The position numbers and the translations under genes were made by a program. A DNA stretch of 63,982 nucleotides, the filler included, from Octopus bimaculoides (taxonomy: Eukaryota): the NCBI RefSeq assembly GCF_001194135.2. It is 5 parts of 5 records of this genome, joined end to end, with 100 filler letters (N's around TTAATTAATTAA, not from the genome) between each part and the next. Parts side by side here need not be neighbours in the genome. Positions count along the whole stretch, not along the records: positions 20,253 to 47,031 come from NC_069000.1; 4 more parts are not named here. The stretch is one strand, 5' to 3'. The notes below the pieces were generated by a model. It was given only the letters and a program-made list of their open reading frames with translations, was not told the origin of the DNA and did not search any database. Position 1 is the first letter of the stretch. The number at the start of each line of letters is the position of its first letter. This document shows positions 28,186 through 40,065 of this stretch, one piece after another.

Positions 28186-29170
28186 ATACACAGACATGAC
28201 AGAAGTAAATAGACACCCTTATAATTGTTAAAATTTATTTAAATCTGAAGTTATAAATCTAATATTTAGTAGACATGCCCTTTGCATTTTCCAAATCAAA
28301 GACCCTATTAAGCATGCTACTGATCAGATGACGAATATTCTCTTGAGGAATTTATTTCCAAGTTTCATGCAATAATTTCAAAAGATCTGGCTTTGAGGAT
28401 GCTTTCTTTAACTTTTTATGACGTGTCCTGTCCATTACGCCCCAGAGGTGTTCAATAAGGTTCATACATGGTGACTGGCTTGGCCATGGAAGCTTTTTAA
28501 TGCCATTCTCTTCCAACCAATCTTGGGTCTTTTTAGCCACGTGACAAGGAACCACATCTTCCATAAATGAAGAGTCTTCTTTAATCATTTCACCACTGGA
28601 GAAGATTGAAAGGAGTCTTTTCTGCAATCTGGACACATATTTATCTGAGTTTATCTTTCCTTCACACTCCACCAGCTCCGATCGACCATTCCTCCAAATT
28701 GCTCCCCAGACATCACAGAATAGCTGCCGTGTTTCATTGTTGGCTGCAATCTTTTCGCATCAAATTCTTGATCACAGAGTCTCCAGACCCACACTTGACC
28801 ACTATCAGAAAATACAGCAAATCTGGACTCATCAGAGAATATAAGAGTGTCCTAAAACATTAGTGGCCTCTCCACCATCTCACTGACCCAATTCTTTCTC
28901 TGCTTGAGGGAATTGAATCAAATAATCCCACCCCGCTCCACAGAATTACTTGACCTGGGCCAAAATTACAAGCAAGTAATTATTCCTGCACGGTTTGGAA
29001 ATCAATTGACGAAAGGTAATTAGCCAGGGGAAGTAACTCATGTGCTACACATCAAAAGTTCGATTTATTTAGAGGCAACCAGAAACGTTAAAACCTATCA
29101 GAGTACTTTCAGTGTGCTATTTGGGACGTTTGTGAAATATTTTTGCTGTGTGTTGATTAAAAATAGATTA
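28186..29170 (-). mobile_element. Degenerate Tc1-family transposon
   Basis: ORF 28352-28672: FMEDVVPCHVAKKTQDWLEENGIKKLPWPSQSPCMNLIEHLWGVM, matching the Tc1 DDE motif (QDNAPCH...WP.QSPDLNPIEHLW). An upstream FSDES motif lies near 28770. The ends are approximate. Confidence 0.85.
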
Positions 29171-29189
29171 TAAATAATAAGTGGCTAAA

Positions 29190-29560
29190 TCTTATTTAGA
29201 GAGAAGACGCGAAAGATATGCTGTGAAATAGATTTGGAAGATCCTGGAAAGTCTAGCTCCTAACTTTGTCATTGGAAGCTGTACCAACCATCGAACTGGA
29301 TGGATCGGCGTAATACCGAAGATCCCGTCTTCTCCATCTAGAATAAGGACTGAGTACTGTAACAGCTTACGTTTCAAGGGTTTTTTCATCATTCTGCCAA
29401 ACAACCACAGATTTGCGAGGTATAGATGCAGAGGTGTTCAAAGAACGTCTCGACAAATCTTTATCTGAGACATCAGATGAACCCACATTGCAGCAGAAGA
29501 CACGAATAGGCGCAACAGTTCTGGAAACAACAGCATTTATGGTAAAGGCGATGCCCCTGC
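29190..29560 (+). mobile_element. Non-LTR retrotransposon (CR1/L2/Jockey-like) 3' remnant
   Basis: Broken frames give LERRRERYAVK*IWKILESLAPNF, RIRTEYCNSLRFKG and LRGIDAEVFKERLDKSLSETSDEPT, the post-RT C-terminus of this group. Confidence 0.7.
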
Positions 29561-30659
29561 ATGACCTTAACCTCTGGCTGAAGCTACAAGGAGATTATAT
29601 ATATATATATATATANNNNNNNNNNNNNNNNNNNNNNNNNNNNNNNNNNNNNNNNNNNNNNNNNNNNNNNNNNNNNNNNNNNNNNNNNNNNNNNNNNNNN
29701 NNNNNNNNNNNNNNNNNNNNNNNNNNNNNNNNNNNNNNNNTTTCTATTAACTCCAAGAATAGCGAAGAATTTATCAAAATAACTTTGTCGTTAAGAATTC
29801 GAAGCAGTCTTTGGCAGGTTGGTATCAAAAGGGTTAATATTTTCTCCCAACACCAGTCCTTTCCTACGTAAAGAAAATTATTTGAATTTGTTTATCAAAT
29901 GACAATATTTATAAAATATTAATTGACTTTGCTCTATCTCAAATGTCAAATGGAAGACAGAATGAAGAGATGATTAATTATTTATACGTCGTAATTACGT
30001 GATATGAATTAATTAACTTTGTTATTTGCAATTATTTAGATAATAATTAGTTTTTATCGCTATCTTTATACTATAACATATTTAATAAGATATTAAATCT
30101 TTCTATTCAAAATTTTGTCAGTTCTTTATAGATATATCCGCACACACATACACACGCAAAAATCAAACATTTCGTTAAATGTACGAAATTTTGATGGGAA
30201 GGGTGCAGTTATCTCCCTTGAATCTTTTTCCCTAATTTTTCTAATTTAAGCTCAAGGCCGGGAATTCGGCGAAACGGGTTTGTCGATACCATTGACCGCA
30301 GTACAACAACGAAAAGATAAACAATAAACTTGACCTCAGCAGCATTTGAACTCAAAACATAAAATGTAGGAGCTCATACTCTGTTTCCGATGCGCTAACT
30401 ATTTCTACGAACTTAGCCTCGAAACAATTTCTCTTACACCATGAAAATTACATGTATAACACCTATGTAGATGATACGTGTAGAAATACAAAACCACATT
30501 TAATAGAATTAGATACACATAGAAATACAAAATCACGTTAAAATACAAATCCAAATCCGAACAATATACAAAAGTGAGCGAGGAAAGAAAAAACAAGAGA
30601 AAAACTAAAAAACGAAGAGGAAGAAAGAAAAATATGAATTCAACACCAAGCACAAGGTT

Positions 30660-30830
30660 GAACGGATCCTACTGAAGCAAGCCAGCACAATCGCTGCATT
30701 ACCACGGGCGATGGCGAGGTTAAGGCGTTGGATCAACCAAGTCTCCTCACGGACGGCACACCGTGGTGAGGCGAGCCGCCAACGATGATGCGGGCCTCAG
30801 TATCCCTTGGTCAGAGTTATCATTGAGAGA
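30660..30830 (-). mobile_element. CRE-like (restriction-like endonuclease) retrotransposon C-terminal remnant
   Basis: The minus frame reads REETWLIQRLNLAIARGNAAIVLAC, matching the QRLS.A.QRGNA C-terminal motif of CRE/RLE non-LTR elements. It is a GC-rich island in AT-rich DNA. Confidence 0.65.
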
Positions 30831-31164
30831 CCCTGTAGGCCCCCTGTTATTTCTTCATTCATTTTCTGTATCGGTCGCTGCACACAGATAGTGCATGTGT
30901 TTTGTTTATACGCCAATTCGCTACGCGATAACGTCCTGGCAAATCCCCCCACCCCAGACGACGCCGAGGGTTAAAGAACACCTGAATGTCACAAACCAGG
31001 CGAGACAACTCGCTCCGAGATGAGCGAGAATGATGGACATCGACATTTCGCTATAAAAGCAGCTCTTCGGCACCATATACTCGACAAAAATTAATCTAAT
31101 TTATCTATTTATATACTGATTGCTTATTTTTTTTTGGGGGGGGGGGGTTACATTCCATCATCGT

Positions 31165-31590
31165 TTTTTACTCTTTTCTTTTTACCATTTTTAATTGGAT
31201 TCAGTCATTGGATTGTGGCCATGCTGGAACACCATCTTGAAAAATTTTAGTCGAAAGAATCGATCCCAGAACATAACTTTTAAATCTGTTAGTTATCTTA
31301 TCGCTCTCTTTTATCGAACCTCTGATGTTACGAGGACGTAAACAAACCAACACCGGATGTATGTATGTATGTATGTACAACGGGTTTCCCCACAGTTTCC
31401 GTCTAGTAAATTCACTTCCAAAGCAATGATCGATCCACCACTCTAGCAGAAGCCCCTTGCTTAAGGCGCAGCGCAGTGGGACTGAACCTGGAACTACGTG
31501 CTTGTAAAGCGAGCTTCTAAACTAATGCGGTCTTTTAATTAAGACGATGCCCCAGCATGGGCGCAGTCCAATGACCGAAACAATTCAAAA
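31165..31590. mobile_element. Rearranged, diverged SINE family A pieces
   Basis: Minus-strand 3' end, body and head (31200-31520), then a plus-strand 3' end (31540-31590). Confidence 0.7.
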
Positions 31591-32119
31591 GAAATGAAAT
31601 GAAAGGAAAATAATTTCAAATTATTTAAACCAAAAATTATCCATTTTTCGTCAAAATGTGAATAAAGAGAATCGACGAAGAGAGAGAGAGAAAAGCATCA
31701 AGGGAGAAAACTCATGAGGATACGTGTTAAACTGAATTATTTCCCTTACACTACTAACCAACGTGCTTAACTTTTATTTGTTCCACCAAATAAATACCTT
31801 GGTCGAAAAAGAGGGGAGGTGCTGGAGAATAGGGGTTCCAGTTGATTTGCTTCCAGTTCTTTGGAATTGTAACTTAATTTCAAAAATAAATTGGTTTATT
31901 TGCTTTTTTTGTGGTTTATTGAACATTCCTGTAGAACAGAGTCGGAAATTATCAAGTGCGCCAGGCTGTTTCTGGTCGGCAGAAATTTTTCACCTTCTCG
32001 CTTCTTCCATAAATTTTCGATTTTCACTGCTCTTATTTATTCTGCGAATTTTTTTCTTTTTTCCGATTTCCGACTTAAATTTCTGTGTTTGTAATTCTAG
32101 AAAAATATATGTAATACAT

Positions 32120-32410
32120 ATGAAGACACGCACGTTGGATTTGGTTGACGGAAACTGAAAGAAGCCTGTTGTGTGTATATATATGTGTGTGTGTGTGTGT
32201 AGATATTTGTGTGTCTGTGTTTGTCTCCACCTCCCATCATCGCTTGACAAACGATGCTGGTGTACTTATGTCCCCATAACTTAGCGGTTCGAGACCGATA
32301 GAATAAGTACTAAGCTTACAAAGAATAAGCTCTGGGGTCGATTTCTTCGACTAAAAGCAGTGCTCCAGCATGGTCTCAGTCAAATGACTGAGACAAATAA
32401 AAGAGTGAAA
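32120..32410 (+). mobile_element. 5'-truncated SINE family A, about 160 bp upstream of the NAXE ATG
   Basis: GGATTTGGTTGACGGAAACTGAAAGAAGCC...GCTCCAGCATGGTCTCAGTCAAATGACTGAGAC. Confidence 0.85.
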
Positions 32411-32569
32411 GGGAATCCAATGATAACCAGAACTTCATTAAAGGTAGACCTTTTATAACCTGACACCGGTTATATGTAAGCGGTGTTGTTTGTTGGTAGT
32501 TTCGTATTTGCAGGTTTTGTTCTTCGATTGATACAAAACAAAAAGGTGACAAAGAAGAGAAAACATTGA

Positions 32570-33180
32570 ATGTTGACGCAAATATTCTCCCAGTTTTGTT
32601 GGCGATCTTTTTCAAGACCTTTTCAGCGTCAAACCATCATGACTTCTAGCGCTAAACTTCGATTTCTTCGCCAAGAAGAAGCCCAAAACATCGACCAGGA
32701 ATTATTCACCACATATGGATTCAGTGTTGACCAGTTGATGGAATTGGCCGGTTATAGCTGTGCCATAGCCGCCGGCCGTAGTTACCCTTCGCTCTTGAAA
32801 GGGGCTTCGGTCCTCATTTGTTGTGGTCCTGGAAACAACGGAGGAGATGGCTTAGTCTGTGCAAGACACCTGAAGATGTTCGGCAGCGAACCAACAATAT
32901 TTTACCCCAAGTGTCCCGATAAACCCCTCTTTAAAAATCTGCGGCTGCAATGTGAGAAAATGAATCTTCAATTCTTGGACAGTTTCCCCACCGATCAACG
33001 GGATATTGATGAGAAATACGGTTTGATAATCGATGCCATATTTGGTTTTAGTTTCAAAGGCCCGGTCCGTGGGACATTCGCTCCGGTTTTGGAGATGCTT
33101 AAGAAAGTCAGTTGCCCCATACTGAGCGTGGACGTGCCGTCGGGGTGGGATGTGGAGGCAGGCGCTGAAGATGGGCTCCA
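32570..33180 (+). CDS. NAXE: NAD(P)H-hydrate epimerase (YjeF_N; NAXE/APOA1BP), 3'-truncated by an assembly gap
   Basis: Uninterrupted 203-codon ORF containing [67 protein letters not shown] and [11 protein letters not shown]. Arg/Ser/Phe-rich N-terminus. The C-terminus falls in the N run 33181-33935. Confidence 0.97.
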
Positions 33181-33934
33181 NNNNNNNNNNNNNNNNNNNN
33201 NNNNNNNNNNNNNNNNNNNNNNNNNNNNNNNNNNNNNNNNNNNNNNNNNNNNNNNNNNNNNNNNNNNNNNNNNNNNNNNNNNNNNNNNNNNNNNNNNNNN
33301 NNNNNNNNNNNNNNNNNNNNNNNNNNNNNNNNNNNNNNNNNNNNNNNNNNNNNNNNNNNNNNNNNNNNNNNNNNNNNNNNNNNNNNNNNNNNNNNNNNNN
33401 NNNNNNNNNNNNNNNNNNNNNNNNNNNNNNNNNNNNNNNNNNNNNNNNNNNNNNNNNNNNNNNNNNNNNNNNNNNNNNNNNNNNNNNNNNNNNNNNNNNN
33501 NNNNNNNNNNNNNNNNNNNNNNNNNNNNNNNNNNNNNNNNNNNNNNNNNNNNNNNNNNNNNNNNNNNNNNNNNNNNNNNNNNNNNNNNNNNNNNNNNNNN
33601 NNNNNNNNNNNNNNNNNNNNNNNNNNNNNNNNNNNNNNNNNNNNNNNNNNNNNNNNNNNNNNNNNNNNNNNNNNNNNNNNNNNNNNNNNNNNNNNNNNNN
33701 NNNNNNNNNNNNNNNNNNNNNNNNNNNNNNNNNNNNNNNNNNNNNNNNNNNNNNNNNNNNNNNNNNNNNNNNNNNNNNNNNNNNNNNNNNNNNNNNNNNN
33801 NNNNNNNNNNNNNNNNNNNNNNNNNNNNNNNNNNNNNNNNNNNNNNNNNNNNNNNNNNNNNNNNNNNNNNNNNNNNNNNNNNNNNNNNNNNNNNNNNNNN
33901 NNNNNNNNNNNNNNNNNNNNNNNNNNNNNNNNNN

Positions 33935-33992
<58 letters not shown>

Positions 33993-33994
33993 AT

Positions 33995-34200
33995 GTATTA
34001 TTTTATTTGTTTCAGTCACTTGACTGCGGCCATGCTGGAGCACCGCCTTACATGGTTTTTAGTCGAACAAATCGACCCCAGGACTTATTCTTTGTAAGCC
34101 TAGTACTTATTCTATCAGCCTCTTTAGCCGAACCACTAAGTTATGGGGACATAAACACACCAACTTCAGTTGTCAAGTAATGGTGGGGGCACAAACACAC
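33995..34200 (-). mobile_element. SINE family A, 3' half
   Basis: TTTCAGTCACTTGACTGCGGCCATGCTGGAGCACCGCC... It accounts for the spurious tail of ORF 32570-34180. Confidence 0.85.
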
Positions 34201-34214
34201 ACACACATACATAC

Positions 34215-34246
<32 letters not shown>

Positions 34247-34450
34247 ATTCTCCCTGTATGTATATATATAATATACACATACCTTATTGTGGCATGGTGC
34301 CAAACTTTTGTTGGTGAGAAGATTTGTAGTAAATATCATACTTGCTTATTTATCGACCTTGTGAGAACAAAATGTAAATATTGACCTTCGTGAGATTCGA
34401 ACCCAGAACTGTGAGTGAGAAACTATTTTCTTTTATTTCTTTTTTTTTCC

Positions 34451-34665
34451 TAACCCTTTTGCCTGTCCAAAGCACTTTCCTAAGACCTTTAGTTAGTCCT
34501 TGTGTCATACGACCTGAGTAATATAAAGCTTTTTATTCAGAAGTCCCAAGCTGCTATTCTGGTGCTTGAAAAAAAATTGGACCCGTGTATCATACAGGAT
34601 GCAAGGAGCCCAGGGAAACATGTCCCGTGTGTCACATGTGAAACATGGGACAGGGTAAAGGTTAA
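34451..34665. mobile_element. piggyBac-like MITE (TTAA-flanked, CCCTTT...CCTGTCC termini)
   Basis: TAACCCTTTTGCCTGTCC ... GGACAGGGTAAAGGTTAA, with a subterminal palindrome TCACATGTGA. Confidence 0.65.
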
Positions 34666-34819
34666 ACCAGTGGTTCTCAACCATTCTCTGCCTTTGGATG
34701 TCTTTGTTTCCCATTTTACTCTAGTGGATCTTCATAATGGTTCCATATTTAAAAATTCCTGTAGTATTTTTATAACTGAATATTTTTTAGGAATTGAGTT
34801 TAAAAAGTTGTTGAAATCA

Positions 34820-35350
34820 TCATCATCATCATCATCGTTTAACATCTGTTGTCTATGCTGGCATGGATTGGAAGGCTGCGCCAGGGTCCAGTCTGATTTG
34901 GCATGGTTTTCTATGGCTGGATGCCCTTCCTAATGACAAACACTCTGAGAGTGTAATGGGTGCATTTACGTGCCATTTGTGTGACACTAGTATCTGCCAT
35001 GACTGCAATTTTGCTCGGTTTGATGCGTCTTCTTTTCAAGCATGACATGATGCCAAAGGTCTTGGTCATTGCCTCCATGATGATGTTGATGATATATATG
35101 TGTATGCTAACCTGCTCCAATGTGCAATGTCAGTGTGCAAGTACAGGAAAGTGTAAACATGTTGAGAGAAAAGTTGGGTTTAAGCAGTTTGTGTGCAGGA
35201 GGGAAGACTGCACTGGTAGGGATATATGGTGCATGTGGATTGAAACAGCTACATGAAGGAATGTCGATCTCTAAATGTGGAAGGAACCTGTGGAAGAGGA
35301 AGACATGGAGCAGAGTGCTGAGAAATGGTGTAAAGAAGCTGAGCCTCACA
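34820..35350. mobile_element. Family C retroposon end (-) adjacent to an RTE 3' fragment (+)
   Basis: Family C motif at 34820-35030. Frameshifted LREKLGLSS...LRWYG.V...CGRNLWKRKTWSRVLRNG at 35110-35350. Confidence 0.7.
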
Positions 35351-35454
35351 GAGACAGTTGGTAATTTCTTTAGTTTCTTGGAGTAACTTCCAAAGGTGTG
35401 GGTTCTTTCATAGCGGATGTCTGTGACACTTTATCTTCCACACACACATTTTTT

Positions 35455-35656
35455 TTACTTGTTTCACTCATTTGACTGCGGCCATGCTGGAGCACCGCCT
35501 TACATGGTTTTTAGTCGAATGAATCGACCCACAGGACTTATTCCTTGAAAGCCTAGTTCTTATTCTATTGGTCTCTTTTGCCAAACCACTAAGTTATGGC
35601 GATATAAACACACCAGCATCGGTTGTCAAGCGATAGTGGGGTGGGGACAAACACAA

Positions 35657-35690
<34 letters not shown>

Positions 35691-35991
35691 CGGAGTAAGC
35701 ACATAAAATGTGCTACAAGGTGGAAAAAAAAGTACTCAAATACCAGAGGTAGACTAATATGCTTTATTTAAAAGCAGCAGAAATATTTCTGCTGCTTTTA
35801 AATAAAGTATATACATATATATACATATATACGACGGGCTTCTTTCAGTTTCCGTCTACCAAATCCACTCACAAGGCTTTGGTCGGTCCGAGGCTATAGT
35901 AGAAGACACTTGCCCAAGGTGCCACACAGTGGGACTGAACCTGGAACCATGTGGTTGGTAAGCAAGCTACTTACCAGAAACCCATGCCTGC
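35455..35991 (-). mobile_element. Full-length SINE family A carrying an insertion in its internal (TA)n tract
   Basis: Both halves match family A. A foreign segment of about 120 bp lies at 35690-35810. Confidence 0.85.
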
Positions 35992-36199
35992 ACTTATATT
36001 CTTCTTAGCTTTTTCTTAACAAAACATGAGTTCCCTGTTCACACTCTAGCTACAACTCCTGGATGATTGAAACTTCGCTTCATGTCATAACACTTTGCTT
36101 TCATCAATAGCTTTTGAGAAAGGCATGAATGCCTCAACACCACATCTTGTCTCCGCTATTTAATAACCTGAATGTCCTTTTTGTCTTTTAAATTGCACT

Positions 36200-36338
36200 A
36201 CCACACTCCTAAACTACTACTACTACCACTACTGCTACTACCACTTCTCCTATAATGGCAACTTCTGTTACTAATACCACTACTACTACTATTACTATTA
36301 ACTCTGTCATTACTTTTACCATAATTGTAGATCCTGTA

Positions 36339-36372
<34 letters not shown>

Positions 36373-36736
36373 TGCTGCTTCTACTCCTACTGCCACTACT
36401 ACTACTACTACTACTACTACTTGTACAGTTGAACTCACCTTCCTTCTTTTCTCCCCCCCCCCAACTTCCCTACCGTTGCTGCTACTGCTACTACTTGTGT
36501 TGTTGCTGTTGCCACTAATACTATTGCTTGCGTTAGGTGTAGGTCACCCAACGACGCCACCACCACTACCGCTACTACCACTACAGTTACTGCCACCACC
36601 GCTACTACCACTACAGTTACCACCGCCTCCACCACTGCTACCACCACCACCGCCACCACTATTACTTCTACAGCTGCTGTTACAACTTCTGCTATTACGT
36701 ATATACAACCGCCACTACCACCACCACCACTACTAT

Positions 36737-36773
<37 letters not shown>

Positions 36774-36842
36774 GCTGCTGCTGCTCCTGTCACCATTTCT
36801 GCTATTGCTATTTGCAGTAACTTCACACAACTGCTGCTGCTG

Positions 36843-36877
<35 letters not shown>

Positions 36878-36940
36878 GTTGCTGCTGCTACTACAACTAC
36901 CACTGCTGCAGGTACAACTACTATTACTGCTGCTAACGGT
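36200..36940. repeat. Compound (CTA)/(CCA)/(CTG) trinucleotide low-complexity tract
   Basis: Direct reading; it yields the poly-T/L/P/S/V ORFs. Confidence 0.9.
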
Positions 36941-37421
36941 GGAGTGAGATATAAAGTGGATGGAAGCTAATACCGAAAACTTGGTCTTGTGTCTGTAAAG
37001 TTTTTGTTGCTGTAAAAAAAGAACTTCGTTTTTGCCAGACAACTTGTTAAACAAATATTATGACAACGATGATGATGATGATGATGAAGGTCATGGTCAA
37101 AATGATTGTTGTTGTTCTTGTTGTTGTTGCAGCCACGACGATATAAACTTCTGGTAAGTTTGTTTTTACCAATTCAATCTTGTACACACACATATGTGTG
37201 TGTGTTAGTTTTAGGTTTGGTTCTTCACCACCCACCCCCTCGTTCTTCATTTTGGCTGTTGTGTGCTGAATGGAAGGATTTTTTTTGTTGTTGTTGTTGA
37301 GAGGGCGGCGGCGGAGAGGGTTCGGGGTGGGGTACGCTGGAAGAATTACGAAATGTAGTGATAAAAATTGGTTAAGAAAGAGAGGGAAATTGAAAACGGC
37401 ATGTTTTATACATATACATAC

Positions 37422-37458
<37 letters not shown>

Positions 37459-37520
37459 TATATAATATAAGAGAGAGAGAAAAGAAAGTTTTGGATCGGT
37501 AGAGATAAGTATACATACTC

Positions 37521-37573
<53 letters not shown>

Positions 37574-38087
37574 TTGATAGATAGATAGACTGTTTGCTGT
37601 TCCGTTAAGTTAAGATCAACAAAAAGAAGTACTCCATCCAGTGTGAGATAAATATCATTTTATATGCACAATATAAAGCTGAGAGCCACTATTAGTTTCT
37701 TGCTGTGAAGACACGTGTCTAGGCAGGTTTTTATAACAGGCCTTATGTCTCCAAGCAGTCACCATCCTCTTCATTCACCTACATGACATAGATAATAAAA
37801 AAAGGCTAGGCTGAAAAAGAAGGTGAATGACGTCGTCTACTAATACCGAAAGATTGCTGAATATTTTATGTTTGGTCACTAGTTTCGCTTGACAGGAAAT
37901 TTTTGACTCTTGAGTCACGGATGTAACTTCTAGACTGCGTTGAGTTCTGTTACTCTGTTTGAATAAACAATTGCGCGCACGCCACACACACACACAGAGT
38001 TTGAAAAGTGCTATGGACGAAACTGTGTGTCCTCGAGTCACAGTTATAACTTCTGGTGATTTAGAATATATAATTATACACTCGTGA

Positions 38088-38360
38088 AGGCGCGTGGGCT
38101 AGTGGTTACGCTGTTGTACTCACGGTCGCTAGATCGTAGGTTCGATTCCCTGACTGGGCGGTGCGTTGTATTCTCGAGCAAAACCACTTCTTTTCACGTT
38201 GCTCCAGTCCCCACTTCGATCAGTGGGGAGTGTTGATCTACTCGCCTAAGCAGCAGGGTGGCGTCCTTTCAAGGCTAAAACAATGAAAAAGCGCATTGTG
38301 ACCTGCGATGTGTGACATCTGATCGGTCTGGTCGGTCACGTGATCACATGTGAAATGTAC
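38088..38360 (+). mobile_element. tRNA-derived SINE (family D-related head)
   Basis: GAAGGCGCGTGGGCTAGTGGTTACGCTG...GTAGGTTCGATTCCC (A/B-box-like), followed by a non-tRNA body. Confidence 0.7.
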
Positions 38361-38508
38361 ACTCGTAATGAGTGTTGGTTCTTGTTTGTATCACTAAACG
38401 TATTAAAAAAAAAAGTGTAACATCTTCCCAGGCACAACAAAATTTGTTTCAACACACGAATTCACATAAGGAATCTTGCAAGCCAGATGCAAAAACAAAG
38501 TGTGTATA

Positions 38509-38547
<39 letters not shown>

Positions 38548-38700
38548 TATCTTTCACTTCACACACACACACACTCTCTCTCTCTCTCTCTNNNNNNNNN
38601 NNNNNNNNNNNNNNNNNNNNNNNNNNNNNNNNNNNNNNNNNNNNNNNNNNNNNNNNNNNNNNNNNNNNNNNNNNNNNNNNNNNNNNNNNNNNNNNNNNNN

Positions 38701-38758
<58 letters not shown>

Positions 38759-39477
38759 AGTTCGCCGGATTGTTTGAGAGAGAGAGTGTGCGTGTGTGTA
38801 GTGAAAGACACACTAGATAGATAGATTAATTGATTGATTGCATAGGTATATGTGAATGAAAGTCAAACGGATGGCATTCCTATAGAATGACCAAACTATA
38901 AAAGTTCTTGCCGTGGCCTTCGTAACATTGCAGATTGTGATTTTGCCGAAATAAATAAATTGATGGACTGTAATTTACGACAAACAAACCCATTCGAAAA
39001 GTTTTGGTTTTCTGCGCACTTGGTAATTTCCGACTCTATTCTATAGGAATGCCGGACTGTTTATTACATGGACCATTATGTGTGAATGTGCTCGCGTGCG
39101 TGTGTGTGTGTGTATTCATATTCACATTGTATCTTTCAGGGACAATCGGTACTAGTTTGTTTACGTACCCGTATCGTAAAAAGAGTCCGATAAAATAAAT
39201 AGTAGATAAAAATAAAAAGGAAAGTTAGTAATGTGTAAGATTTAATTGCAAGGCGTGCCTCAGCGTGGCCGCCATCCAATGACTATGATGTGAATAAAAC
39301 AACAAAATGCAAGAATATTTATAAAGAGACCATTGGCAGCAGTGTAGACGTCGTTCTTTCGATGTGTAGGTCACATAATCATGAATGACCTACACGAATC
39401 AACAAGTGCGTATTTGTGGGCTTTCCACCTGTTAGAAATAGCTGCCAAATCCTCCTTAAATCACTTCCTAATATCTT

Positions 39478-40065
39478 TAACTCTTTGCCTATCTTATGTA
39501 GCACATTGCATCGCACAGGATAGACATTCCCATGTTTTTCTGGGGGGTTTTCTTACCAATAATGTAACTAATGGGACTTATGAAGGGAAAGCTTTACTCA
39601 GCTCAGAACATATGAAACAAGGACCAACTAAAAGTTTTAAAGATATGTAGGGGACGTTTAGATCAAACTTACAAAAGTGCTTTGGACAGGTAAAGAAGAC
39701 GCGATGGCCACCGATGAAACGCTTTTTAAAAAGATGCAATGGTCATCGCTCGAGCTCTTTTAACTTTTTGCCTGTCCTGTGTAGGATCTTATTCCATCTC
39801 AATGGATCCCTTGCGTATCGCATGTGATACGCAAGACATATTTCCTTGACGCCCAATGCATCATATATGATACACAATCTCTCTTTATTTTTTATTCAAC
39901 CACCAGACTAACTTGGAGCTTATGAAACGAAAGCTTTGAATTGCTCAGAAAGTATGAAATAAGAATTTACTAAAAGGTCTGAAACGAAAAAAAAAAGAAA
40001 GAAAGAAAGCACGGATGTTTTAGGACAAACTTATGAAAATGCTTTGGACAAACAAAAGGGTTTAA
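39478..40065. mobile_element. Two piggyBac-like MITE copies related to 34451-34665
   Basis: TTAACT(C/T)TTTGCCT(A/G)TC starts at about 39478 and 39760; ends GCTTTGGACAGGTAAAG and GCTTTGGACAAACAAAAGGGTTTAA. Internal palindrome TTGCGTATC-GCATGT-GATACGCAA. Confidence 0.6.

Noticed and set aside
33181-34180. C-terminal 330 residues of the 536-aa ORF 32570-34180
   Set aside because: N gap, then (TA)n and an antisense SINE; only 32570-33180 is real NAXE sequence.
37303-37332. G-quadruplex candidate GGG-N12-GGG-TTC-GGGG-T-GGGG
   Set aside because: The first loop is long, the context is low-complexity, and there is no linked gene start to give it meaning.
37690-38041. Minus-strand ORF 37775-38041 and a possible last exon VNEEDGDCLET*
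   Set aside because: No recognisable homology and no partner exons; not the COP1 C-terminus.
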